Source: Pseudomonadota bacterium (lineage in GTDB: Bacteria > Pseudomonadota > Gammaproteobacteria > UBA6429 > Thiohalophilaceae). From it: a stretch of DNA of 51,925 nucleotides. Below, piece by piece: positions 41,625 through 50,281 of the stretch. The DNA is taken from NCBI GenBank assembly GCA_022340685.1, contig JAJDNN010000049.1, forward strand, positions 1-51,925, written 5' to 3'. The notes under the pieces were generated by a model. That model saw only the letters and a program-made list of their open reading frames with translations, was not told the DNA's origin and made no database searches. The translations under genes and the position numbers were made by a program. Position 1 is the first letter of the stretch. Every line of letters begins with the position of its first letter.

Positions 41625-43145
41625 ATGGCGGGTATGGGCTATGCCCGAATTGTTACCGTGTTCAATTCTGATGCTGGATCCGCGATGGGCGAATATCGAC
41701 TGACGGCGGCCTTGTTCCTGCGCTTTCTGGCGCTGATCTATTTTTTTGCGTTCGTTTCTATCGGGGTGCAGATCCGGGGTCTTGCAGGAGAGCAGGGTAT
41801 TCTGCCATTCAGCGCAGTGCTTGAACGCTACGAGGCCATGTCGGGCATCGAGCGCTACTGGAATATCCCGACCCTGTTCTGGATCAATGCCAGCGATACT
41901 GCCCTGGTTGGTGCCGCCATCCTCGGTTGTATATTTGCGGTATTGCTGTTTTTTAATTTCCTGCCCCGCATCGCATTGATTGCCCAGTTGCTGTTATATC
42001 TGTCGCTGGTTCATGCGGGACAGTTGTTTATGAATTTCCAGTGGGACGCCCTGTTGCTGGAAGCGGGCCTGCTGGCTATTTTTCTTTCCCCCGGCTCGCG
42101 CTATACGGTGTGGCTGTTTCGCTGGCTGCTGTTCCGTTTTCGATTCCTATCGGGCCTGTCCAAACTGGTCAGTCTGGATCCGAGCTGGGCCAACCTGACC
42201 GCGGTTGTTTATTACTTTGAAGTCCAGCCGCTACCCAACTGGATTGCATGGTACGTGAACCAGTTGCCGGACTGGCTACTGGCTATCGGCGCCGGTTTTA
42301 CCCTGTTCGTAGAAATCGTCGTTCCCTTTATGATGTTTCTGCCGCGGCCGTACCGGTTTGTGGCGGGCTGGCTAACGATATTTCTGCAAATTGTAATTCT
42401 GCTGACCTCCAACCATAACTGGTTCAACCTGCTTACTATCAGCCTGTGCCTGTTTCTGTTCGACGATCAAGCACTGCGTCGGATAATGCCGGTTCGTGCC
42501 GAGTCCTGGCTGATGAAAAAACCGTTGCCGATTGGGAAGGAAGGCCGATTTTATCCCGTTGGTATGGGAATGTTGGGCGGACTGATTGTGGTAGTCAGCA
42601 TGGCGCAAATCGCCAGTCTGGTCACCGGGCAAAAAGTGGGCGGCCCCATTGGCGAAGTCGTTAATCAAGTGGAGGCCTTCCGGGTCGTCAACCGTTACCA
42701 TGTATTTCCGACCATGAAGACCGAGCGGATCGAGCTGGCTATATCCGGATCGGAAGATGGCTATCATTGGCGAGAGTACAAGTTCAAATACAAGCCGGGT
42801 GATCTGGATAAATACCCCGAGTTTGTTATTCCCCATCAACCGCGACTCGACTGGCAGATGTGGTTCGTCACCATCGATCCCTACTTTCTGCCCTGGTTCG
42901 ACAACTTCCTGCAGGCATTGCTGGAGAACTCACCAACTGTGACCGATCTACTGGCCGACAACCCCTTCCCGGATAGGGCGCCACGCTATCTGCGGGTCGA
43001 TGTCTATCGTTATCACTTCACCGACTGGCAGACCCGGGCCAGAACCGGCCAGTGGTGGACCCGGGAATATCTGGGGCCGTTCCGGCCGCTGCCTTACCTT
43101 GCCCGCCGTCCCTTGGCCAGTAATGGTGGCCATGGCCATCGATGA
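41625..43145 (+). CDS. Lipase maturation factor (LMF1-like) family polytopic membrane protein
   Basis: 506 aa (alternative ATG at 41685, MGEYRL). LFLRFLALIYFFAFVSIGVQIRGLAGEQGILPF and HQPRLDWQMWF resemble the conserved LMF family blocks. Confidence 0.7.
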   Translation: MAGMGYARIVTVFNSDAGSAMGEYRLTAALFLRFLALIYFFAFVSIGVQIRGLAGEQGILPFSAVLERYEAMSGIERYWNIPTLFWINASDTALVGAAILGCIFAVLLFFNFLPRIALIAQLLLYLSLVHAGQLFMNFQWDALLLEAGLLAIFLSPGSRYTVWLFRWLLFRFRFLSGLSKLVSLDPSWANLTAVVYYFEVQPLPNWIAWYVNQLPDWLLAIGAGFTLFVEIVVPFMMFLPRPYRFVAGWLTIFLQIVILLTSNHNWFNLLTISLCLFLFDDQALRRIMPVRAESWLMKKPLPIGKEGRFYPVGMGMLGGLIVVVSMAQIASLVTGQKVGGPIGEVVNQVEAFRVVNRYHVFPTMKTERIELAISGSEDGYHWREYKFKYKPGDLDKYPEFVIPHQPRLDWQMWFVTIDPYFLPWFDNFLQALLENSPTVTDLLADNPFPDRAPRYLRVDVYRYHFTDWQTRARTGQWWTREYLGPFRPLPYLARRPLASNGGHGHR

Positions 43146-43434
43146 GGCAGGCTGTGCCCTGGACCGATGATGAATTCGGTGGGAGAATTTCGCTTATGTG
43201 ATGTATCCAGGTGTCTTTGCGAAGGCAAAATCCGGGCAGATATTTGTTCTCGAAGTATCAGATCACGCCAAAGACTTGTCCCAAAACGCCAGATACAGCA
43301 GTGGTTGGAACATCGATGTTTTACTGTGTTCTCATTAGCCAGTGAATAAACTACGGTGGGCGTGATCGGGTGACTTACAGTGTTCCCGGTATTAAGCGCC
43401 AGAAATTATTATTGACGTAATGGGGAGACAACGT

Positions 43435-43698
43435 ATGGGCAAGATACCTGACAGCGAAGCGAAGAAGGCTTCCGCACATGGCTTTGAGATCGGCAAGGAA
43501 ATTGCCAAACACTATGACGATGAAAAACACGTGATGAATGTCCTGTGCGGTATCGTCTACATGTTGATTCTGGAAGAGAAAATCACGGCGGAGCAAGGCG
43601 TAATGACTATTTTTGAGGTGGCAAAAAATTGCAGTGTGGATCTGCAGGCGCTGGTCGATCTCACCAAGCACGTTGATAAGTCGGGTAAGCACAACTAG
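43435..43698 (+). CDS. Hypothetical small soluble protein
   Basis: The ATG at 43435 is preceded by GGGGAGA. The 87-aa charged sequence (MGKIPDSEAKKASAHGFEIGKEIAKHYDDEKH) looks more protein-like than the overlapping minus-strand ORF. No family recognised. Confidence 0.4.
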   Translation: MGKIPDSEAKKASAHGFEIGKEIAKHYDDEKHVMNVLCGIVYMLILEEKITAEQGVMTIFEVAKNCSVDLQALVDLTKHVDKSGKHN

Positions 43699-43720
43699 TA
43701 AGACGCGAATAAACGCTTTT

Positions 43721-44743
43721 TTATGCCTGCTCCATCTCCGTAGTATATTTTCCATACCGTGCTGCGCCATTCAGACGGGCGCGTTTCAAAAGGGCATCCT
43801 GTGCGGCCTTGACGTTTTCCTTTTTTCCCTGCCAGGCATGCAGGGCAGGTTGTTGCAGGGCACGTCCATAGGAGAAAGATAACTCCCACGGTTGACCGGG
43901 AAACAGTTCATTCATGGCATTCAGGTTGACGGTGGCTTCTTCCGGACCCTGGCCGCCAGACAAGAAGTTGAGACTGGGTACTGCAGCCGGTACGCAGCGG
44001 CGTAATTGTCTTACGGTTTGTGCCGCTACTTCCCCGGGATCGGCCTGCTGGGCATGGTCTTTACCGGGTACCACCATACTGGGTTTGAGAATGGTGTATT
44101 CCAGAATTACACTATGGCGATTCAACGCCTGATACACAGCATGCTGAACCGCTTCGGTCACTTCAAAACAACGTTCAATGGAGTGGTCACCGTCGATCAA
44201 AACCTCCGGTTCGACAATCGGAACAATACCCACGGATTGGCAAATGGCGGCGTAACGGGCCAGTACTTCCGCATTGGCCTCGATGGCCAATCGATGCGGG
44301 TTGTGGGTGCCGATGGGGTATACTTCACGCCACTTTGCAAAGCGTGCCCCCTGTTGTTTGTAACCTGCAAGCCGGTCTGCCAGGAAGTCGAGTCCCTGGG
44401 TAATCATGTCACCCGGCGAATTAACCAGGGGTATCTTGCCCAGATCCACCTTGATGCCAGGCACGATACCCTGCTGTTCAGCTAGCTCCGGTAGCAAGGT
44501 GCCATCATCGCTTTTCTGGGTCAGCGTTTCCTCAAACAGGATAATGCCGCTAACATAGTCACCCAAGCCAGGGGTAGTGAGCAACAGACTCCGCCACGCA
44601 CGGCGGTTATCCTCGGTGGATTCGACATCAATGGCCTTGAAGCGTTTGGCCATGGTGGGGTGACTCTCGTCGGCGGCCAGTATCCCTTTCCCCTTTTGTA
44701 CCATGTTCTCAATGGTGAGCTGCATTTCGGTCTGTGTTGACAT
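43721..44743 (-). CDS. Class I (Schiff-base) fructose-bisphosphate aldolase
   Basis: 340 aa. KGILAADESHPTMAKRF, ILKPSMVVPG (Schiff-base Lys region) and LSFSYGRALQ. Confidence 0.9.
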   Translation of the reverse strand: MSTQTEMQLTIENMVQKGKGILAADESHPTMAKRFKAIDVESTEDNRRAWRSLLLTTPGLGDYVSGIILFEETLTQKSDDGTLLPELAEQQGIVPGIKVDLGKIPLVNSPGDMITQGLDFLADRLAGYKQQGARFAKWREVYPIGTHNPHRLAIEANAEVLARYAAICQSVGIVPIVEPEVLIDGDHSIERCFEVTEAVQHAVYQALNRHSVILEYTILKPSMVVPGKDHAQQADPGEVAAQTVRQLRRCVPAAVPSLNFLSGGQGPEEATVNLNAMNELFPGQPWELSFSYGRALQQPALHAWQGKKENVKAAQDALLKRARLNGAARYGKYTTEMEQA

Positions 44744-44820
44744 GAACGATTTACCTCCAGCTTGTCAAATGGGTAGTGTTCGGGTGGATAAGATACCGCA
44801 AATTCGCACCCATTAAGACA

Positions 44821-44834
44821 CATTATTAATAATG
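44821..44834. promoter_or_regulatory. Perfect 14-bp palindrome CATTATTAATAATG in a divergent promoter region
   Basis: Self-complementary on direct reading. It lies between the aldolase start (44743) and the DUF2934 gene start (44921). Confidence 0.3.
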
Positions 44835-44920
44835 ATATATTTTCAATTAACGACCAAACAATGCAATTATTTCATGATATAAAAAATTGCGAAATTTTGG
44901 CCAGAGGAGAAACTAGGGCC

Positions 44921-45247
44921 ATGATACCTGGAGACACTGCAAGATCAACTGCGGCCAAAAAAAAGGTCGCGGGAAAAAAAGTAGCCAAAAAGAAAGTCAA
45001 CAGTAAGAAATCCACCAAAAAACAAACTACCAAAACAGCTAGTTCCTCATCCGGTCAACACAAGACAAAAAAGAACTCAGTTAGCAGTAAACGCAAGCCA
45101 AAACACAGTGGTGAACTACACCAGATGATCGCAGAAGCAGCTTACCTTCTGGCTGTGCAACGTAATTTTGTTGGAGGTTCGCCACTCGATGATTGGCTGA
45201 CAGCGGAAGCCGAGATAATAAAACAGCTGGATGATTCAGGGGACTGA
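44921..45247 (+). CDS. Lysine-rich (histone H1-like) protein with C-terminal DUF2934 domain
   Basis: ATG at 44921 after GGAGA. AAKKKVAGKKVAKKKVNSKKSTKKQTTK low-complexity basic region, then IAEAAYLLAVQRNFVGGSPLDDWLTAEAEI, the DUF2934 pattern. Confidence 0.6.
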   Translation: MIPGDTARSTAAKKKVAGKKVAKKKVNSKKSTKKQTTKTASSSSGQHKTKKNSVSSKRKPKHSGELHQMIAEAAYLLAVQRNFVGGSPLDDWLTAEAEIIKQLDDSGD

Positions 45248-45517
45248 ATGATGGAACATCGCTGTTCCTCCCGTCATGAAGAGAATTATCGTGTTATTGT
45301 TAGTGACAGGAAAGGGCAGCAATCCAGAGGAAAAGTGCTAAATGCAAGCAAAGAAGGAATTTGTGCAAAATTGGATAACGCAGTTTTTGACCAGGGTGAG
45401 GTAGTGGATGTGCAATTTCCATCAGAGGAAAACACATACTACGGTTCGGATTGCGTGGCTGCCTACGTAGTGTATGTTGACGAGGATCAGCTTGGGCTGT
45501 GGTTGCTTGACGAGTAA
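45248..45517 (+). CDS. PilZ-domain protein (putative c-di-GMP receptor)
   Basis: 89 aa. RCSSR (RxxxR) near the N-terminus and NASKEG ((D/N)xSxxG) about 20 residues later. The ATG directly abuts the upstream TGA. Confidence 0.55.
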   Translation: MMEHRCSSRHEENYRVIVSDRKGQQSRGKVLNASKEGICAKLDNAVFDQGEVVDVQFPSEENTYYGSDCVAAYVVYVDEDQLGLWLLDE

Positions 45518-45967
45518 ATCGGATTGATTGACTTCATTGCGACCAATGTATCCGGTTTGATTCCAGCTTAATACACTGGTCTTGGAGTGGAAGGGTACAA
45601 GCAATAAGACGCAGGACGGGAATTTCTTCGCGATAACTGAAAACCATGGATGGCATCCTGCCAGATACTCAAGGGGTTTCATCGGGTGCCTTTCCGGCCA
45701 ATGTTCGTCAATCGGATTGTCGTATAGCGCACTTAATCTTTATCCGCTGTCATTCGTTTCCAATCCCTGGCGAAAGTGGCCCAGCTGATACAGCAGGCTG
45801 ACCCCCACCAGGGGTATACCAAGCTCGCTGGCCGTTTTCAGATAGTCACCGGCAAGTACCCCTGGACCACCGGAATAAATGGGAAAGGCCTCCTGGAACC
45901 GGGTCTTTGCCGCATAGTTTCGTATTGCTCTTCCTGCTGCAGGACGGGTATCAGGTACTATGAAATC
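45518..45967 (-). pseudogene. Relic of an alpha-glucan (glycogen/maltodextrin) phosphorylase gene, N-terminal fragment only
   Basis: Start-less frame at 45743-45967 reads ...RFQEAFPIYSGGPGVLAGDYLKTASELGIPLVGVSLLYQLGHFRQGLETNDSG, then TAA at 45740-45742. This matches the conserved YSGGLGVLAGD..K.ASDLG.P.VGV.LLY..GYF.Q block of GT35 alpha-glucan phosphorylases. The same frame continues, much less conserved, to 45422. Confidence 0.5.
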
Positions 45968-46948
45968 TTAGCGGCTACAAAGTATTTCGGCCGCACGAAC
46001 GATATCTGACGGACGAGGAATGCAGGCCGCTTCCAGTGTGGCATTGAAGGGGATTGGGAGTTCCTTGCCGCCAATCCGAACTGGTGGAGCGTCGAGATTG
46101 AAGAAACAGTGCTCCGTCAGTCCAGCGGCAATTTCGGCACCAGTGCCCGCATAGCAACTGTCTTCCTCGACCACCAGCAAGCGATGGGTCTTGTCTACGG
46201 ATGTGGCACAGGTGGCCCAGTCGATGGGGCGCAGGCTGCGCAGGTCAATGACCTCAGCTTCGATACCTTTCTCCGCCAGTTGTTCGGCTGCGCGCAGTGA
46301 CAGGTCCAGCATGCGGGAATAGGTCACGATGGTCAGATCCTTGCCTGGCCGATGCACTCGGGCCCGGTGCATGGGGGGAGCTTCGCGGGATGTATCGAGC
46401 AGGCCCTTGCTGAAGTAGAGCAATGCGTGCTCCAGCAGAATGATGGGTTCATCACTGCGGATCGCCTGGCGCAGTTGCCACCAGGCATCCTGCGGGGTGG
46501 CGGGAACAGCAATGCGCAGACCAGGCACGTTCATCAGGGTTTGTTCCAGACGCTGAGAATGCTGCGCGGCAAGTTGTTTGGCGACACCGTCCGGCATGCG
46601 AATGACCAGGGGCATGGGAAACTGGCCGCCGGACATAAACGGGACCTTGGCCGCCATGTTGATAATGCTATCCAGTGCCAGCAGGGCAAAATTGATGGTC
46701 ATGATTTCCACCACCGGCCGCATCCCGACCAGCGCCGCTCCAACCCCAAGGCCGGTAAAGCTGCCTTCGGAAATGGGCGTGTCGCGCAAGCGCCACTCGC
46801 CGTACTTGGCGTAAAGACCCTCGGTAACCCGGTAGCTGCCACCGTAAAGTCCGACGTCCTCGCCCAACACGAACACAGAGTCATCCTCCGCCAGTTCCAT
46901 ATCCAGTGCCTGGTTCAATGCCTGCCAGTAAAATACCGTGTCACTCAT
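45968..46948 (-). CDS. 2-oxoacid (pyruvate/acetoin-type) dehydrogenase E1 component, beta subunit
   Basis: 326 aa. VFVLGEDVGLYGGSYRVTEGL and DTPISEGSFTGLGVGAA. ATGA overlap with the alpha subunit. Confidence 0.9.
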   Translation of the reverse strand: MSDTVFYWQALNQALDMELAEDDSVFVLGEDVGLYGGSYRVTEGLYAKYGEWRLRDTPISEGSFTGLGVGAALVGMRPVVEIMTINFALLALDSIINMAAKVPFMSGGQFPMPLVIRMPDGVAKQLAAQHSQRLEQTLMNVPGLRIAVPATPQDAWWQLRQAIRSDEPIILLEHALLYFSKGLLDTSREAPPMHRARVHRPGKDLTIVTYSRMLDLSLRAAEQLAEKGIEAEVIDLRSLRPIDWATCATSVDKTHRLLVVEEDSCYAGTGAEIAAGLTEHCFFNLDAPPVRIGGKELPIPFNATLEAACIPRPSDIVRAAEILCSR

Positions 46949-48000
46949 CAGATCAGTACTTCCATACCACGATTGCAGTCCAGACAGGCCTGTGCATCAG
47001 CCAGGCTGGGTTCGGGACTTTCCGTGGCAAAGCGAACCGCTGCTTCTACGGTTTCGGCTACGCCGGCCTTGAGTTCAGCCAGCGTTTCACTGGACAAATG
47101 GCCGGCCTGATCCAGATGCGTGGCCAGCTGGTCGATGCTATCGGGACCGGCGGCGGCAATCTGTTCACTGCTTGGATAGACGGGCAAAGATTCGGCGATC
47201 GCTATGGTAATGGGATCTTCTTTCTCGTAGGCTTTGACCTCGACTCTGGGCCGGTAACTGCCCGGGTCCGCCATGGAGTGACCACGGAAACGATAGGTCT
47301 CGAATTCAATGAACTGTGGACCAGTGCCATTACGGATCTGCGTTAGGGCTTCTTGGGTGGCTTGATGGACTGCCAGCACATCCATGCCGTCCACCTTGCG
47401 GGCCGGAATATGATAACCACAAGCGCGCTTATAGACTTCGGGCACAGCGGAGTGGCGGTGGATCTCAGTGCCAATCTGGTAGTGGTTGTTTTCACACACG
47501 AATAGTACCGGCAGGTCCCACAATGCCGCCATGTTCAGGCTCTCGTGGAAGGTGCCCTGGTTGACAGCGCCGTCACCGAAGAAGCAAATCACCGCTTCAG
47601 GAAGATCACGCATGGCAATGGTATAGCCGATGCCGGTGGCGACCGGGTAGGTTTCACCGACGATGGCATATCCTCCCATGAAACGCCGTTCCCGGTCGAA
47701 AAGGTGCATGGATCCGCCCATGCCACGGCAACAGCCCTCTTTTTTACCGAACAGTTCCGCCATGACACTGTTCGCCGGAATGCCGCGCACCAGGGCATGA
47801 ACATGCTCGCGATAGGTGCTGACGATATAATCGGAGGGTTCGGCGGCATGCAACACGCCTACTGCAACGGCTTCCTCGCCCGGATAGAGATGCAGAAAAC
47901 CGGCAATATTGCCCCGGCCGTATTCCTCGGCCGCCCGTTCCTCAAAGGCACGGGCGAGCAGCATGTCATGCAGCATGGTAATTAGCTTTTCTCTATCCAT
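46948..48000 (-). CDS. 2-oxoacid dehydrogenase E1 component, alpha subunit (TPP-binding)
   Basis: 350 aa. TPP motif FFGDGAVNQGTFHESLNMAALWDLPVLFVCENNHYQIGT and YRFRGHSMAD. Confidence 0.9.
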   Translation of the reverse strand: MDREKLITMLHDMLLARAFEERAAEEYGRGNIAGFLHLYPGEEAVAVGVLHAAEPSDYIVSTYREHVHALVRGIPANSVMAELFGKKEGCCRGMGGSMHLFDRERRFMGGYAIVGETYPVATGIGYTIAMRDLPEAVICFFGDGAVNQGTFHESLNMAALWDLPVLFVCENNHYQIGTEIHRHSAVPEVYKRACGYHIPARKVDGMDVLAVHQATQEALTQIRNGTGPQFIEFETYRFRGHSMADPGSYRPRVEVKAYEKEDPITIAIAESLPVYPSSEQIAAAGPDSIDQLATHLDQAGHLSSETLAELKAGVAETVEAAVRFATESPEPSLADAQACLDCNRGMEVLI

Positions 48001-48269
48001 ATTGGATTCCTGGGGTGCAGGTCCGACATTTTTTGTGTGTGAACAAGAACATCATTCTACGATTCTGATGAACTTACAATTCAAAACCGGGTAATTTTTT
48101 AACACTGTCATTGTGAAGCGACAAGTTTATTTAAGTGTTGTCCTAATAGATTTGACAATAAAGTATAGGCTTGTTTGGCTGTTTTGACTCATGACCGGAT
48201 TGCCGTCTGTAATTTGCGCGGGCAGGTTGTACCGGAAGACGGGTGACACTTTGGTGGACAGGTGTGAGC

Positions 48270-49025
48270 ATGAAAACGCAACTCAAAGCATTGACCATCG
48301 GGCTGATTGCCGGTCTAGGGGGTGGATTATTTAGTCTGGGTGGGGGAACCTTGACTGTCCCGCTGCTATTGCGCTGGCTGGGTCTGTCGGTGTTTGAGGC
48401 GCGCGGTACAGCGCTGGCAGCCGCTTTTTTACCTGCAGTTGCGGGGATGGTGTTGTATGCCCAGGCCGGCAAGGTGGATTGGCTGGCAGTGGTAATGGTC
48501 TCCGTGCCTGCCATGATGGTGGCCCCCTTGACCGGGATGTGGACAGAACGCCTTTCCGGAACACATTTACGGCGGGTATTTGGCGCCGTGGTGGTCACCG
48601 GTGCAGTGTTCCTGCTTCTGCGCGACCAGCTGCTGGGTAGTTGGGCTATCCCCGAAATTGGCAGGCCGTGGTATATGATTGGCGTCGGCATCATCGAAGG
48701 ACTGGTGGCAGGCAGTGTCGGTATCAGCGGGGGACCGGTACTGGCACCCTTGTTGGTGCTGGGACTGGGTATGCCGCAGCAACTGGCACAGGGTTGCTCG
48801 CTCGCCGCCCGGATCCCGGTGGTGATTAGTGGCAGCGTGGAAAACATGTGTCACCGACATGTCTGCCTGCGGTTATTGCCCGCCCTGTTCGCTGGAGGAT
48901 TGGTGGGGATCTGGCTTGGCAGTCGCACGGCACTGGCCCTGTCTGAATTACACTTGAGATCCTTGTTTGCTATTATCCTTCTGGTACTGGGGATCCGGTA
49001 TCTGCGTGAGAAGATCAGAACCTGA
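48270..49025 (+). CDS. TauE/SafE (TSUP) family anion exporter
   Basis: Trimmed to MKTQLKALTIGLIAGLGGGLFSLGGGTLTVPLL. Polytopic, with an internal repeat (GISGGPVLAPLLVL). Confidence 0.8.
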   Translation: MKTQLKALTIGLIAGLGGGLFSLGGGTLTVPLLLRWLGLSVFEARGTALAAAFLPAVAGMVLYAQAGKVDWLAVVMVSVPAMMVAPLTGMWTERLSGTHLRRVFGAVVVTGAVFLLLRDQLLGSWAIPEIGRPWYMIGVGIIEGLVAGSVGISGGPVLAPLLVLGLGMPQQLAQGCSLAARIPVVISGSVENMCHRHVCLRLLPALFAGGLVGIWLGSRTALALSELHLRSLFAIILLVLGIRYLREKIRT

Positions 49026-49092
49026 TTTATGACCAGAATTATCATATGCTTGCATTAGCCACATTCCCCTTTTGTCCCTATTTGAGGTAATT

Positions 49093-49533
49093 ATGTCTAC
49101 TGATACTCCCTTGATCATCGCGGCTGTTGATACTTCTTCATTTCTGGAACCGGTGGTACAGTGTGCTAACCGTATGGCGCAATGTCTTGATGCTCGCCTG
49201 GTCGTGTTGCACGTTTTTCCTGCCAAATCTGCCAATTTCGCGAATGAGGCATCGTATGGCGACATGACACTTCGGAGCAACGAGGAGCAAGATCTGGAAG
49301 CCGAGGTCAAGCTGCGCCAGGAGCTCGAGCCGCGCATCAAGGCACTGGGAATAAATCCCTCGGTACTTGAGATTATGGGCGGTTCGGCAGCTCGCACTAT
49401 TGACGAACAACTCGAAAAACGTGAGGCCGATTTGCTGGTACTCGGACAGCCCAAATCCCGGCTTAGTTCGGTAGCAACCAAGATGGCCAAAAATGCCAGT
49501 TGTGATGTCTATGTTGTTCGAGTTGGTGAATAA
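49093..49533 (+). CDS. Universal stress protein (UspA family)
   Basis: ATG after GAGG. PLIIAAVDTSS ... LVVLHV ... ADLLVLG ... SRLSSVATKMAKNASCDVYVV. Confidence 0.8.
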   Translation: MSTDTPLIIAAVDTSSFLEPVVQCANRMAQCLDARLVVLHVFPAKSANFANEASYGDMTLRSNEEQDLEAEVKLRQELEPRIKALGINPSVLEIMGGSAARTIDEQLEKREADLLVLGQPKSRLSSVATKMAKNASCDVYVVRVGE

Positions 49534-49627
49534 TTATTGATAACATTAACGTTGATACATCTTTATAGAATATAGCTATATAGCGATATTTTTAGGGCAA
49601 CATATAACACAAAAAAAGGAGAGGGTA

Positions 49628-50137
49628 ATGCGTAGACTATATTTCCTCATGCCGGACATCGAAACAACGCATGGGCTTGTTAAGGATTTACTGTTATCAC
49701 ACGTGGAGGAACGCTATATCCATGTGATTGCGAAAGAGGGGACGCCAATGGAAGAATTACCTGAGGCCTCACTCTTGCAAAAGAGCGATTTTGTCCCGGC
49801 AATTGAAAAAGGTTTGACCCTGGGTGCTATAACTGGTGTAGCGGCAGGACTGGTAGCGATGGCCTTTCCGCCCGCCGGTCTTGTTCTCGGTGGTGGCGCA
49901 GTATTGGCAATCGGAGCGGCTGGCGCAGGTGTTGGGGGACTACTGTCCAGCATGGTTGGCTCGGGTCTGCCGAATTCAAGATTGCAAAAGTTTGAAGATG
50001 ACATAAATAAGGGCGAGGTGCTGGTACTTGTCGATGTAAAACGTGCAAGGGTTGATGAAATCGAGGAACTGGTCAAGAAGCATCATCCCGAAGCGGAAAT
50101 CGAAGGTGCCGAACCCATGTCACCCCCTTTCCCATAA
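49628..50137 (+). CDS. Hypothetical membrane protein with central glycine-zipper helices (DUF1269-like)
   Basis: 169 aa after GGAGAGGG. Soluble N- and C-terminal halves flank GAITGVAAGLVAMAFPPAGLVLGGGAVLAIGAAGAGVGGLLSSMVGSG. Confidence 0.55.
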   Translation: MRRLYFLMPDIETTHGLVKDLLLSHVEERYIHVIAKEGTPMEELPEASLLQKSDFVPAIEKGLTLGAITGVAAGLVAMAFPPAGLVLGGGAVLAIGAAGAGVGGLLSSMVGSGLPNSRLQKFEDDINKGEVLVLVDVKRARVDEIEELVKKHHPEAEIEGAEPMSPPFP

Positions 50138-50281
50138 TAGTGCCGGTGTTGCCTAAACGGATGTCATGTTAATCCGTTCGTCACCCGCCAAAGCCGTATG
50201 ATAATCTTGTAATTACTTCAGTTAACCATTGATGAAACTTTATTATCTCGGTTTCCAGGCATCAGAGACAAGGTGGAACCA

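Noticed and set aside
43375-43770. 131-aa - strand ORF overlapping the 3' end of the aldolase gene
   Set aside because: It overlaps the aldolase coding region in another frame, has an R/H/L/F-rich unnatural composition and lacks a Shine-Dalgarno sequence. The opposite-strand 87-aa ORF, which has GGGGAGA upstream, is the better though still weak call.
45422-45682. 86-aa - strand ORF (MKPLEYLAGCHPWF...), and 45776..46009 + and 45582..45788 +
   Set aside because: The 86-aa ORF is the same frame as the phosphorylase relic continuing past its in-frame TAA. It overlaps the PilZ gene end, so I treat it as decayed pseudogene sequence, not a gene. The + strand ORFs are antisense to the relic and to the E1 beta 3' end.
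46352-47110. 252-aa + ORF, and similar long ORFs at 48143..48847 (-), 38749..39288 (-), 36692..37189 (-), 11478..12113 (+) and 15794..16312 (+)
   Set aside because: All of them are antisense to confidently identified genes (E1 subunits, TauE, rplY, ispE, mltB, mreC) and show shadow-ORF composition.
50156-50178. Hairpin AACGGAT-gtcatgtta-ATCCGTT after the glycine-zipper gene
   Set aside because: It has a 7-bp stem but no following T-run, so I do not call it an intrinsic terminator. It could still be an RNA stability element.
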